Made by a program: the position numbers and the translations under genes. DNA of 64,000 nucleotides, taken from the NCBI GenBank assembly GCA_035547315.1, contig DASZVH010000008.1, positions 33,233 through 97,232 of the forward strand, read 5' to 3'. The notes below the pieces were generated by a model. That model searched no databases and was not told the origin of the DNA. It worked only from the letters and a program-made list of their open reading frames with translations. Below, one piece after another: positions 39,913-49,902 of the stretch (within the stretch, counting starts at the first letter, position 1; each line of letters begins with the position of its first letter). Source of the stretch: Minisyncoccota bacterium (GTDB lineage Bacteria > Patescibacteriota > Minisyncoccia > Phycocordibacterales > Phycocordibacteraceae).

Positions 39913-40458
39913 ATGGAACCAAGCTTGCTTGAGAAAGCGGCGCGGGTCGCGGCGGTTGCGCATAAGGATCAGAAGCGCAAGGAAGCGGACGTGCCCTATA
40001 TCGAGCATCCGATCGTCGTCGCGATCATCCTCGCGCAGCACGGATTTGGCGAGGAGGTAATCGCGGCAGGGCTCGTGCACGACGTCCTCGAGGATACCGA
40101 GTATCCGGAAGTGCAGATGCGCGCGGAGCTCGGCGAAGGAGTGATGGCGATCGTGGATGCGGTTACCAACGACGATTCGCTCTCCTGGGACGAGAAAAAG
40201 AAGAAGTACATCGAGACGGTTCGCGCAGGAAGCAAGGGTGCGAGGGCGGTCGCGACCGCCGACAAGATCGCGAACGCGAGATCTCTGGTCGCCGCGCACG
40301 CTCGGGAGGGGAGCGCGGTCTGGGCGCATTTCAATGCCGGGAGAGAGAAGAAACTTTGGTTCGAGAACGCAATGCTCGCAATGCTCGAGGAGACATGGCA
40401 GCACCCGCTCGTCGAGGAATACGCCGCGCTCGTCGCGCAGATGAACGCGCTCGACTAG
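39913..40458 (+). CDS. Stand-alone HD-domain protein (SpoT/Mesh1-like hydrolase)
   Basis: AHKDQKRK...PYIEHP...AGLVHDVLEDT...ADKIAN. Confidence 0.88.
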   Translation: MEPSLLEKAARVAAVAHKDQKRKEADVPYIEHPIVVAIILAQHGFGEEVIAAGLVHDVLEDTEYPEVQMRAELGEGVMAIVDAVTNDDSLSWDEKKKKYIETVRAGSKGARAVATADKIANARSLVAAHAREGSAVWAHFNAGREKKLWFENAMLAMLEETWQHPLVEEYAALVAQMNALD

Positions 40459-41555
40459 TGCAGACCCTTCTGCCGCTCCTTTTCGTCTTCGCTCCGCAGC
40501 GCATCCCGGAGCTCGGTATATGCATCAATGCGCTCCTGCGGTAACTCCCTGTCCTCGAGCGCCGCCTCGAGCATGTCGGCCCAGAAGGCGACGCGCGCCT
40601 CGGTCAGCCGGCGTAGATCGCCTTCGGTATGCGGGAGGTTGCGCGCGTAGTACCAGATGAGCTCGCTCAAGCGGTAGAGCCGCATCGCGTGGAGCGCGGC
40701 CGACTCCTCCTGCGTGCGATTCTTGCGTACGTATTCCTCGAGGGCGCGCGTGAGCGGCGGGTTATAGAGCGCCATGAAGTTGAGGAAGCGCGCCCATCCC
40801 TCGTATTTATTGCCGAAGCGGAGCGAGGAGTAGTCGAGGAGATAGATCTGGCCGTCCTTGATGCGGAAATTATGCGGAACGAAATCCGTGTGGGTAAGAA
40901 AATCGCCGTATTGCTCGAGCACGCCCGTATTCTCTCGGAGAACCGCAGCTGTTCGGGCGATGAGCGTTGCGGGCCGCGTATCGTTCGAGAGCGCTACCGC
41001 AATGCCATCCTTAAACGAATCGGAATTGCGCAGGTAGTCGCGCGCCTCGAGCCTGCCGAAGACGCGTTCGATGCGGCGGCGGTGGCCATAGGTGGTGGCG
41101 TGCGCGCCCTCCTGCGCCTTAAACGCGCCAAGCGCGTAGGCGAACTGCTCCTTCAAGGGGCGCGCGAGGTAAGGGCGCTCCTGTTCGATGAATTCCTGCA
41201 CGGAAATGAGGTAGGACCCGCGGCTCCCGAAGAAGAGCTCGCGCGGCGAAGCGAAGAGTTCATAGGCGAAGTTGATTTTGTTGAGCTCGGCGCGGCGCTC
41301 GCGCTCGTGGATCAGCTCTTGCTTGCTCTCAGGATCGCTCGTGGCCTTGATGACGACGCGGCTGCCATCCGCGCGCGCGCCAAGCAGGATCAGCTTGCGC
41401 CCGCTCTCTGTGGTAACGGCGCGATGGAGGTGGCGCTCGCCCGCAAGATGCGGCTGCGCGGCATCGAGCGCATACCCCTCGCGCGCGAGGATGGGGCGGA
41501 GGCCCGCGAGCTCGCGCCCGACGTATGCCTCCCAGATTTTCCGGCTATCGGGCAT
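40455..41555 (-). CDS. APH/kinase-like phosphotransferase
   Basis: VVIK lysine, HTDFVPHN catalytic loop and LLDY metal-binding motif. Confidence 0.7.
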   Translation of the reverse strand: MPDSRKIWEAYVGRELAGLRPILAREGYALDAAQPHLAGERHLHRAVTTESGRKLILLGARADGSRVVIKATSDPESKQELIHERERRAELNKINFAYELFASPRELFFGSRGSYLISVQEFIEQERPYLARPLKEQFAYALGAFKAQEGAHATTYGHRRRIERVFGRLEARDYLRNSDSFKDGIAVALSNDTRPATLIARTAAVLRENTGVLEQYGDFLTHTDFVPHNFRIKDGQIYLLDYSSLRFGNKYEGWARFLNFMALYNPPLTRALEEYVRKNRTQEESAALHAMRLYRLSELIWYYARNLPHTEGDLRRLTEARVAFWADMLEAALEDRELPQERIDAYTELRDALRSEDEKERQKGLH

Positions 41556-42063
41556 GATTCAAAATAGTCTCGATCGTATCGAGATGCGCGCTCCATGACG
41601 CTTCATACTCCGCAATCTCTTCGGCCGGATACGGCTCAAGCGGGAGAATCTCCGGCCGAGGCGGCGGCACTTCCCGGAGCAGCGCGCGCGCCTGAGCGCG
41701 CGCGCGCCGCGCGAGGAGTCCGCCGCGCGCCTGCGCAGCCTTGTCCGCGAGAGAAAAGATGAATGGCGCGGCGATTCCGGGCAGGAGCGCGAGCTCGACC
41801 GAGGCGCCATTGATCGCGATGGCCGTCTCGGCGCCGCGCGCTTCCCGCCTCAGCGCGCGGGTAAAGGCAAAGAGCCGCGCGAGGCGCGGCCGCCGCTTGT
41901 CGATCGCGACGAGGCGGACGTTCGGGAGCTCCTCGGGCAGATGCGCGTGAGCGAGCACGGCGACCTCATGGCGCGCGGAGAGGCGCCGCGCGAGCTCTTT
42001 GGCGTATGCAGCCGCGGGCGCAACCTCGGGCGGGTAGAGCGGGGTTGCTATGAGTATCCGCAT
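41545..42063 (-). CDS. Short GT4 N-terminal-domain-only protein
   Basis: MRILIATPLYPPEVAPAAAYAKELA resembles the neighbouring GT4 N-terminus. 172 aa with no donor-binding domain. Confidence 0.7.
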   Translation of the reverse strand: MRILIATPLYPPEVAPAAAYAKELARRLSARHEVAVLAHAHLPEELPNVRLVAIDKRRPRLARLFAFTRALRREARGAETAIAINGASVELALLPGIAAPFIFSLADKAAQARGGLLARRARAQARALLREVPPPRPEILPLEPYPAEEIAEYEASWSAHLDTIETILNHAR

Positions 42064-42138
42064 GAGTGCAAATCTAGCATGTCTCCTATAACCCGCAGCC
42101 CGCTCGCTCGGGTGCGCTAAAACCGCTAAAATGAAGGC

Positions 42139-43236
42139 ATGAAGCTCGTCCTGGCGACTCCGCTCTACCCGCCCGAGATCGGCGGGCCGGCTACTTACGC
42201 CAAGGAGCTCGTGGAGGGACTGCCTGCGCGCGGTATCGAGGTCGAGCTGGTGAAGTTCTCCGACGTGCGGAACCTGCCGAAGCTCCTGCGGCATTATAGA
42301 TATTACCGACATGTACTTGCCGCAGCGCGCGACGGGGATATCGTCTTTGTTCAAGACACCGTGAGTTGCGGATTGCCCGCGCGTCTCGCCGCATGGCGGG
42401 CGGGGAAGCCGCTTATCGTGCGCGTCCCCGGCGACTATGTCTGGGAGCAGGCGCGCCAGCGCTTTGGCGTAGCCGATGGCATCGATGAGTTTCAAGGCAA
42501 ACAATACGGCCTACGGGTCGGCGTGCTGCGCTTTATCCAGCGGGGCGTCGTGCGTTCCGCGGCGCGCGTCATTGTACCGAGCGAATATTTCGCCGGCGTC
42601 GCGGCGGGTTGGGGGGTGCCGCGCGCGCGGATCGCGGTCATCTACAACGGCATCCATCTGCCGCTCACTGCCGTGCCGCCGCGCGAGGTGCCGGAAGCAC
42701 CCTTCATGGTCTCCGTCGGCCGGCTCGTGCCGTGGAAGGGCTTTGCGGCGCTCATCCGAATCCTCGCGACGCTGCCGGCCTGGCGCCTCGTGATCATCGG
42801 AGACGGCCCCAACCGTGCCGCGCTCGAGCAGGAAGCACGCGCCGCGGGCGTCGCGGACCGCGTGCGCTTCGTGGGCGCGCTGCCTAATGCCGAGGCGGTC
42901 GGCTGGTATCGCGCGGCGACCGCCTTCGTGCTCAACTCCTCGTTCGAGAGTTTCTCGTTCCAAGTCGCCGAGGCGATGGCCGTCGGAGCCCGCATAATCG
43001 CGACCGATATCGGCAGCATTCCCGAGCTCGTCGAAGACGGGCAGGAAGGCCTGCTGATACGGCCCGACGACGAGGCGGCTATCGCCGCCTCGCTCGAGCT
43101 CATCCGCACCGAGCCCGCCGCGGCGGCCGCGCGCGCCGAGGCCGCGAGAGAAAAAGCCCGGCGATTCTCGAGCGAGCGCACCTTCGACGCGCTCGCGACG
43201 CTCCTCGGGGAGGTCGCCGCTGCGATGCTACGATGA
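42139..43236 (+). CDS. Glycosyltransferase family 4
   Basis: TPLYPPEIGGPATY, VGRLVPWKG and ESFSFQVAEAMA. Confidence 0.9.
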   Translation: MKLVLATPLYPPEIGGPATYAKELVEGLPARGIEVELVKFSDVRNLPKLLRHYRYYRHVLAAARDGDIVFVQDTVSCGLPARLAAWRAGKPLIVRVPGDYVWEQARQRFGVADGIDEFQGKQYGLRVGVLRFIQRGVVRSAARVIVPSEYFAGVAAGWGVPRARIAVIYNGIHLPLTAVPPREVPEAPFMVSVGRLVPWKGFAALIRILATLPAWRLVIIGDGPNRAALEQEARAAGVADRVRFVGALPNAEAVGWYRAATAFVLNSSFESFSFQVAEAMAVGARIIATDIGSIPELVEDGQEGLLIRPDDEAAIAASLELIRTEPAAAAARAEAAREKARRFSSERTFDALATLLGEVAAAMLR

Positions 43237-43883
43237 GCCCTGCTATGGAGGTCCAAGTAAAGGAAGGCGCCTATCGCCGGGATTCCTATGCGCCGCTCGA
43301 GCGCTTCATCGCCTATCATGCCCAGCTCGAGCTCGTGCGCGAGACGCGGGCCGCGACCATCCTCTTTATCGGCATCGGCGACGGCATGGTGCCCGATTTC
43401 CTCAAGAAGGATCCGCGCTATCAGGTGACCACGTTCGACTTCGACGCGCGGCTCGCGCCGGACGTCGTCGGCGACATCCGCGCGCTCCCGTTTCCCGATC
43501 GGAGCTTCGACCTCGTCTGCGCGTTCGAGGTCTTGGAACATATCCCTTTCGACGACGCCAAGGGCGCGCTCGCCGAGATCGCGCGCGTCGCGCGCGCGGC
43601 GGCGGTCTCGCTGCCGCACCGCCAGACCGGCTTCGACGTCGCGCTTAAATTTCCCTTCATCCGCTCTCTTACCGGCCGGAACCTCCTCGCCTTTTCGCTT
43701 TTGGTGCCGGTGCGCTTCCCGGGCTTTGCGGTTTCCGGACAGCACTATTGGGAGATCGACTGGTGGACGACGAGCATCCGCGCGGTCCGCGCCGCGATGC
43801 GCTGCCATTTCACGATCGAGCGCGAATTCACGCCGCCGCTCGATCAGTATCATCGCTTCTTCCTGCTCGCGGCGAAGCTATGA
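43233..43883 (+). CDS. Class I SAM-dependent methyltransferase
   Basis: IGIGDG, GDIRALPFPDRSFDLVCAFEVLEH and HYWEI. Confidence 0.85.
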   Translation: MSPAMEVQVKEGAYRRDSYAPLERFIAYHAQLELVRETRAATILFIGIGDGMVPDFLKKDPRYQVTTFDFDARLAPDVVGDIRALPFPDRSFDLVCAFEVLEHIPFDDAKGALAEIARVARAAAVSLPHRQTGFDVALKFPFIRSLTGRNLLAFSLLVPVRFPGFAVSGQHYWEIDWWTTSIRAVRAAMRCHFTIEREFTPPLDQYHRFFLLAAKL

Positions 43884-45004
43884 AAGCGCTTTTCATCTCC
43901 AACGATCCAAGCATTTTCGACGCCTCAAGCGAAGCGCGCGTGCGGATGCGCGACTACGCCGCCGCGATCGGCGAGCTGCATATCGTCTCGCCGGCCGCGA
44001 AGGACGCGCAAGAAATCGCGGAGCAGAATCTTTTCCTCCACCCCGTCCGCGCGTCGCGCCTCTTCCGTATCGGCGCGCTCGCCAAGCGCGCGCGCGGCGT
44101 CATCGCGGAGCGCGGCATCGAGGTCGTCTCCGCCCAGGATCCGTTCGAGCAGGGGCTTGCGGCGCTGCGGGCGGTGCAAAACACTCCGGCGAAGCTGCAC
44201 GTGCAGGTGCATACCGACTTCCTCTCGCCGTGGTTCGTCAAAAGTGGGAATCCGCGTAGCCCGCGCGTGCGCATGCCACTCATCAACCGCTTGCGCCGCC
44301 GCTGGGCCGACAAAGTGTTGCCGCAGGCAAGCGGCATCCGCGTCGTCTCGGCGCGCGTCAAGAGCTCGCTCGCCAAGCGCTACGGCGCCGCGATCCGCGA
44401 GCCCGCCGTGATCCCGATCCGCATATCTGCAGAGCTGCCGCCCAAATCGCCGCTCAATCTCTTCAGCTTCACGCTGCTTGCGGTCGGCCGGCTCGAACCC
44501 GAGAAACGGGTCGAAGACATCCTCGCGGCGCTCGCGAATGTCGTGCCCAAATATCCGATCGTGGGCCTCGCGATCGCGGGCGAAGGCCGTGAGCGCGCGC
44601 GCCTCGAGCGGATGGTCAAAAAGCTCGGGCTCGGGCAGCATGTCGCCTTCCTCGGCGCGCGCGCGGACGCGCGCGGGCTCATGCAGAGCGCGCAAGGGTT
44701 CATCCAGGCGAGCGCCTATGAGGGCTACGGCCGTACGCTCATAGAGGCCGCGCTCGCCAAAGTCCCGATCATCACGACCGACGTCGGCATCGTCGGCGAG
44801 GTGCTGAAGGGCTACGACGACGTGCTTTCGGCGCCGGTCGCGGACCCGACCGCGCTCATGTATCACATCGTCGGCCTCGTCGAAGACGTCGCGACGCGCC
44901 TCGCGCTCGCGCTCCACGCCGAGGCCACCGCGCGGAGCTATCTCGCCGGCGCCAGGAACGCGCCGGAAGACATCGCCGCCGATCTCGCGAAAGCGCTTTT
45001 ATGA
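43880..45004 (+). CDS. Glycosyltransferase family 4
   Basis: AQDPFE, QVHTD, VGRLEPEK and YEGYGRTLIEAA. Confidence 0.88.
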   Translation: MKALFISNDPSIFDASSEARVRMRDYAAAIGELHIVSPAAKDAQEIAEQNLFLHPVRASRLFRIGALAKRARGVIAERGIEVVSAQDPFEQGLAALRAVQNTPAKLHVQVHTDFLSPWFVKSGNPRSPRVRMPLINRLRRRWADKVLPQASGIRVVSARVKSSLAKRYGAAIREPAVIPIRISAELPPKSPLNLFSFTLLAVGRLEPEKRVEDILAALANVVPKYPIVGLAIAGEGRERARLERMVKKLGLGQHVAFLGARADARGLMQSAQGFIQASAYEGYGRTLIEAALAKVPIITTDVGIVGEVLKGYDDVLSAPVADPTALMYHIVGLVEDVATRLALALHAEATARSYLAGARNAPEDIAADLAKALL

Positions 45005-47070
45005 GATTACTGATCTGCGCGCAGGCGGTGGACGAGAATGACCCCGCGCTCGGCTTCTTCTGCGGCTGGCTCGCGGAGCTCGCCAAGCGTTTCGACTCGA
45101 TCGATGTGATCTGCCTGCGGGAGGGGGAGCACGCGCTGCCGGAAAACGTCAGCATCCATCCCCTCGGCGCCGGCGGCAGGATCGCGCGCACGATCCGGCT
45201 CAAGCGGCTCGCGTGGAAGCTCCGGCGCGATTACGACGCCGTCTTCGTGCACATGAATCAGGAGTATGTGCTCGTCGCGGGAACGCTCTGGAAGATGCTC
45301 GGCAAGCCGGTCTATCTTTGGCGCAATCATTACGCCGGATCTTTCCTTACCCGCATCGCCGCGGCTTTTTGCGCGAAAGTTTTCTACACCTCGGCGCACT
45401 CCTACACCGCGCGCTTTGCGAACGCCGTGCGGATGCCGGTGGGCGTCGATCTCGCGCGCTTCGGCACTGCCGCCGCTTCGTCCGCGCCGCGCTCGATCCT
45501 CTTCCTTGCGCGGATGTCGCCCGCGAAGCGCCCGGAGATGCTACTTCGCGCGCTCGCTGCGCTCGCGCGCGAAGGCGCGGAGTTCTCCGCGGTTTTCTGC
45601 GGCTCGCCGCTCCCGCGCGACCGCGCATGGTATGAAAAGCTCAAGGAGGAGGCGCGTTCGCTCGGCATAGCGGAGCGGATCGAATGGAAGCCCTCCATCG
45701 CGAATGCCCAGACGCCCGCGCTCTACCGCGCGCACGCGATCTTCGTCAATTGCTCGCCCTCGGGAATGTTCGACAAGACGCTCTTCGAGGCGGCGGCCTG
45801 CGGCTGCCGCGTGCTCGCCTCAAGCGACGACTGGCGCGCGCTCGCGGGTGCCGATTCATTCTTCTCTTCCGAAGCCGAGCTTGCGGTACGTCTTAAAGAA
45901 ACGTTCGTCCTGCCCGCCTCCACCACGCCGGCATTCGTCGCGGCGAACGATCTCTCCGCACTCGCGGCCGCGCTCGCGGCCGAATGCAATCCTTCCGCGG
46001 ATCGCGAGACCCGGCTTCTGTACGCGACCTCCGCTCTCTTTCCCTCGCAGATGGCCAACCGCGTGCAGATCCTCTCCATGGCGCGCGCCTTCCATGAAGC
46101 GCTCGGAGAACGCTTTATCCTCGGCATTCCGGCGCAGTCCGTTCTCGTGGAGGGCTTTCAAATCGCGCGCGTTCCCGGCTCGACCTGGAGCTTTGCGCTC
46201 GCGTGGCGCTACGCGAACCTCATACGTCGGGAACGCATCACCCATGTCTTTTGCCGCGAGGAGCGGCTGCTCTATTTCCTCATGCTTTTCTCGCGATTGG
46301 CCGGCGTGCGCGTGGAATTCGTCTTCGAGGCGCATTGGGTGCTCGATAATTCCTTCTTCCGCGCGGTCGTCCGCCGCGCCGATCGGATCATCGCGACCGC
46401 TTCGGGCGTTATGACGGATCTTGCCCCCCTTGAGATTCCGCAGAATCGTCTAGCGATCGAGCCGAACGGAGTAGATCTCGCCGTATACACGACGCTTCCT
46501 GACGCCGACACTACGCGCGCGCGGTATAAAATAGCCGAAGGCGCACGCCTGATCGGCTACACCGGCAGCATCGGAGTGCACGACTGGAAGGGAGTCGACA
46601 TCTTGCTCGAGGCCGCGCGTGCCGCGCCGCCTGGCTGGCTATTCTGGCTCGTGGGCGGCGAGCCGAAGGAAGTAGGGGAACTGCGCGCGCGCTATCCCGA
46701 CGTCCGGTTCGAGGGATATCAAGCTCACGCGCAAATCGCGGCGATCCAAGCCGCGTGCGATATTCTCGTTCTTCCCAACAAAAGCAGAGATCCGGCTTCC
46801 GAACGCTATACCTCGCCGCTCAAGCTGTTTGAATATATGGCGAGCGGCGCGCCGATCCTCGCGAGCGATTTGCCCTCCGCGCGCGAGATCGTCTCGGAAG
46901 AAGAGGTCGTTTTTTTCACGGCCGGAGACGCGACGGCGCTCTGCGCCGGCATCGCGCAGATCTTCGCCGACCCGGAAGCGGCCCGCGCGCGCGCGGCGCG
47001 CGCGCGGGCGAAAGCGGGCGAGCACACCTGGAGCGCGCGGGCGCGCCGCATCGTATACTCCCTGCCATGA
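45001..47070 (+). CDS. Tandem double GT4 fusion
   Basis: Two GT-B modules: the first with VHMNQEY and DKTLFEAAACG, the second with ANRVQ, WKGVD and SPLKLFEYMASG. Confidence 0.85.
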   Translation: MRLLICAQAVDENDPALGFFCGWLAELAKRFDSIDVICLREGEHALPENVSIHPLGAGGRIARTIRLKRLAWKLRRDYDAVFVHMNQEYVLVAGTLWKMLGKPVYLWRNHYAGSFLTRIAAAFCAKVFYTSAHSYTARFANAVRMPVGVDLARFGTAAASSAPRSILFLARMSPAKRPEMLLRALAALAREGAEFSAVFCGSPLPRDRAWYEKLKEEARSLGIAERIEWKPSIANAQTPALYRAHAIFVNCSPSGMFDKTLFEAAACGCRVLASSDDWRALAGADSFFSSEAELAVRLKETFVLPASTTPAFVAANDLSALAAALAAECNPSADRETRLLYATSALFPSQMANRVQILSMARAFHEALGERFILGIPAQSVLVEGFQIARVPGSTWSFALAWRYANLIRRERITHVFCREERLLYFLMLFSRLAGVRVEFVFEAHWVLDNSFFRAVVRRADRIIATASGVMTDLAPLEIPQNRLAIEPNGVDLAVYTTLPDADTTRARYKIAEGARLIGYTGSIGVHDWKGVDILLEAARAAPPGWLFWLVGGEPKEVGELRARYPDVRFEGYQAHAQIAAIQAACDILVLPNKSRDPASERYTSPLKLFEYMASGAPILASDLPSAREIVSEEEVVFFTAGDATALCAGIAQIFADPEAARARAARARAKAGEHTWSARARRIVYSLP

Positions 47071-48635
47071 GCGCTCGCACCGCCGCAATTTTCGCCTATC
47101 ATTCGATCGACGACCGGCCGGAATATCCTTTCTCGATCGCGCCCGCCGAATTCGAGCGGCGGATGGCCGAGCTCAAGCGGCAGGAGCGGCCGGTCCTCCC
47201 GCTCGCCGAGATCGTCCGCCGGATCGAAGCCCGCGAGGATCTTGAAGGCGCGGCAGCGATCACCTTCGACGACGGCTACCGCGACAATCTCGAGGTCGCG
47301 CTGCCGATCCTCGAGCGCTATGGATTCCCCGCGACCGTCTTCATCGCGCCCGAGACGCTGGGAAGGCCTAACGGCTTCGGGATCGAGCGGCTCTCCCGCG
47401 ACGAGCTCCGGCGGCTTGCCGCGTCGCCTTTGATCGCCATCGGCTCGCACGCGCTGACGCACCGGATGCTTACGAAGCTTTCCGAAGCGGAGGTTGCCCA
47501 TGAAGTAGCGGCGTCGAAGGCGGCGCTCGCCGAGATCGTGGGCTACCCTCCGCGATTCTTCGCCTATCCTTATGGGAAAGCGAGCCCGCAAATCGCCGCG
47601 CAAGTGAAAAGGGAAGGATTCATAGCCGCGTTCACCACCGACGCGCGCGACGCGGGCATCGGCGACGACCTCTTCTCCCTCCCGCGCCATACGATCAAAG
47701 CGCCGGCGGATATGAAAGAAGCCCTGCTGCGCAAGCTCTGGGTACGCATGCGCGCCTCCGGCCCGCGCATAGTCGCGAAAGCGCTCGGCCGCGTGCTTAT
47801 GGCCGGCCGCAGTACGCCGCTTTTCCTCACCGACGCCGATATCGAGATCCTGGCCGCTCATAAGGAACGGCGCCGCGGCGCCCGCCTGCGCGAGCTGGGC
47901 GCCGCTTCAGCCGCCGACCTCGAGAAGGGAAGGGAGGAGATAGTCTCGATCGGCATCTTCGCCTGTAACCGCTTCGATCTCCTGCAGGAGACCTGCGCCG
48001 CGCTTGCGCGCTATCTCGCCGAATACGGCGGCAATTGGAAACACGAGGTGCTGCTCTTCCACGACGGGCAAAACGAGGAGATCGAGCGCTGGGCGCGCGC
48101 GAACCCGCTCTTCGACCGCGTCTTTTTCAATAGCGAGAATCGCGGCCTCTCCCATAACATCAACCGATTCTGGTTCGAGGAGTCGCGCGGCACATGGCTC
48201 TTCGATCTCGAAGACGACTGGCTCTGCGAATTCAAGAACGATTTCGTCGGGAACGGCCTCGCCATACTCGCCGAGGACGAGCGCGTCGGCTGTGTCAAGT
48301 TCGAGCGGCGCTATCCGGACGATTGGAAGGCGTGGCGCACGACCTTCAAGGCCGGCACGCGCATGCTCTCGGCGCGTGTCTTCCAGACGGCGGGGCATCA
48401 TCGCTACCGGCTGATCTGCCGGGCGCCCTACGCCAACTCCTGCGCGCTCTACCGCTTCTCTTCGCTCGCGCTCACCGGCCGGCTGCGCGATGATCGCGTC
48501 AACCGCCGCGCGCAGGAGGGCGAATATATCAGGAAATACGACCGGCTCTGGCTCGGCGCGCAGGGCGCCTCGGCCAAGGATCATCCCTTCCTCCACACCG
48601 GGGACGGCCGGTCGGTAGAAACGTGGAATCAATGA
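47067..48635 (+). CDS. Polysaccharide deacetylase fused to a GT2-like domain
   Basis: YHSI, ITFDDGYRDN, GSHALTH and FAYPYG, then CNRFDLL...HDG...NRGL...LEDDW. Confidence 0.82.
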   Translation: MSARTAAIFAYHSIDDRPEYPFSIAPAEFERRMAELKRQERPVLPLAEIVRRIEAREDLEGAAAITFDDGYRDNLEVALPILERYGFPATVFIAPETLGRPNGFGIERLSRDELRRLAASPLIAIGSHALTHRMLTKLSEAEVAHEVAASKAALAEIVGYPPRFFAYPYGKASPQIAAQVKREGFIAAFTTDARDAGIGDDLFSLPRHTIKAPADMKEALLRKLWVRMRASGPRIVAKALGRVLMAGRSTPLFLTDADIEILAAHKERRRGARLRELGAASAADLEKGREEIVSIGIFACNRFDLLQETCAALARYLAEYGGNWKHEVLLFHDGQNEEIERWARANPLFDRVFFNSENRGLSHNINRFWFEESRGTWLFDLEDDWLCEFKNDFVGNGLAILAEDERVGCVKFERRYPDDWKAWRTTFKAGTRMLSARVFQTAGHHRYRLICRAPYANSCALYRFSSLALTGRLRDDRVNRRAQEGEYIRKYDRLWLGAQGASAKDHPFLHTGDGRSVETWNQ

Positions 48636-49393
48636 AACGCCTTTCGCTTGCGCTTAAGATCGCCGCGCTCCCCGCCACGCCGCTTGAACGCGCGCTCCTC
48701 TTCGCCTGGTCGGGCGCCGCGGCGCTCCGGCTCCCGCTCTCGCCGCTCCGCGTGCGCATCCGTTTCCCCGGCGGCGCGCATGCTATCTCCTTCAAGGCCA
48801 TCGCCGACGTCTGGGTCTTGAAGGACGTGCTCCTCGACCGCGAATATGACCATCCGTATCCGGGCGCGCCGGAAGTGATCGTCGATCTCGGCGCGAACAT
48901 CGGCATCTCGACCGCTTACTTCGCCGCGCGTTTCCCAGGCGCGATCGTCCACGCCGTCGAGCCCAACCCGCATCTCGCGCGCCAGCTCGCGGAGAACCTC
49001 GCCGGGTTCGGGAATGTCCGCGTCCACCATTTCGCGCTCGGCGCGGGCGACGGCCGCGCCTCGCTCTCGCTCGGCGCGTCTTCCGCCGCATCCTCCATCG
49101 TCGCGCGCGTCGGCGCGAACGCGGTCTCAGTCGAGACCGTCTCCTTCGCGACGCTCTTCGCGCGCATCGGGAGCGAGCGCATCGACATCCTCAAGTTCGA
49201 CATCGAGGGCGCGGAACGCTACCTCTTCGAGCGTCCGGCGCCGCGCCCGGTCGGCGCGTATGTCGGCGAGATCCACTACGATAAAATGCCGCTTGTCCGC
49301 GACGACATCTGCGCCGCGCTTGCCGGCTACGCGATCGAGGAGTATCCCGCGGGCCGCGATGACCGCGCGCTCATCTATGCGCAGAAGGAATGA
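48632..49393 (+). CDS. FkbM-family methyltransferase
   Basis: VDLGANIG, AVEPNP and LKFDIEGAE. Confidence 0.9.
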   Translation: MKRLSLALKIAALPATPLERALLFAWSGAAALRLPLSPLRVRIRFPGGAHAISFKAIADVWVLKDVLLDREYDHPYPGAPEVIVDLGANIGISTAYFAARFPGAIVHAVEPNPHLARQLAENLAGFGNVRVHHFALGAGDGRASLSLGASSAASSIVARVGANAVSVETVSFATLFARIGSERIDILKFDIEGAERYLFERPAPRPVGAYVGEIHYDKMPLVRDDICAALAGYAIEEYPAGRDDRALIYAQKE

Positions 49394-49902
49394 CGCTCGC
49401 GACCGGGTATGCTAAGACATATGCAATGCAGCGCCTCGTAAGCATTATTGGCTCCTTCCATCTCGCTACGCGCATCCGTACGGCGTGGTGGCGGCTTTGG
49501 ATAGGGCGTATGGGGCGCGATGTCCGCATCCAGGGAGGCGTTCATTTTTCTACGCCGTCGCAAATCAGCCTCGGCGATGGCGTGCGGATAAATTACGGCG
49601 TCGTGCTTGCGGCGAAAGGTGAGATTACCATCGGCGCTCATTCCACGATTTCTTCAGGTGCTATTATAAACACCGCTGGCCTCGTGTATACCAATCCACC
49701 GGAGCGGCGCGATCATATCGTCGCACCTGTCGTCGTCGAAGACAAAGTATGGGTCTGTTCGGGCGCAATCATCAACCCTGGCGTGCGGATTGGGAGCCAC
49801 AGCGTCGTCGCCTCCGGAGCGGTAGTCACCAAGGATGTGCCTCCCTATGTCGTGGTCGGCGGCGTCCCCGCAGCCATCATCAAGGAGATCCGACGTTTCT
49901 AG
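49390..49902 (+). CDS. Hexapeptide-repeat O-acetyltransferase
   Basis: VWVCSGAIINPGVRIGSHSVVASGAVVTKDVPPYVVVGGVPA. Confidence 0.9.
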   Translation: MTLATGYAKTYAMQRLVSIIGSFHLATRIRTAWWRLWIGRMGRDVRIQGGVHFSTPSQISLGDGVRINYGVVLAAKGEITIGAHSTISSGAIINTAGLVYTNPPERRDHIVAPVVVEDKVWVCSGAIINPGVRIGSHSVVASGAVVTKDVPPYVVVGGVPAAIIKEIRRF

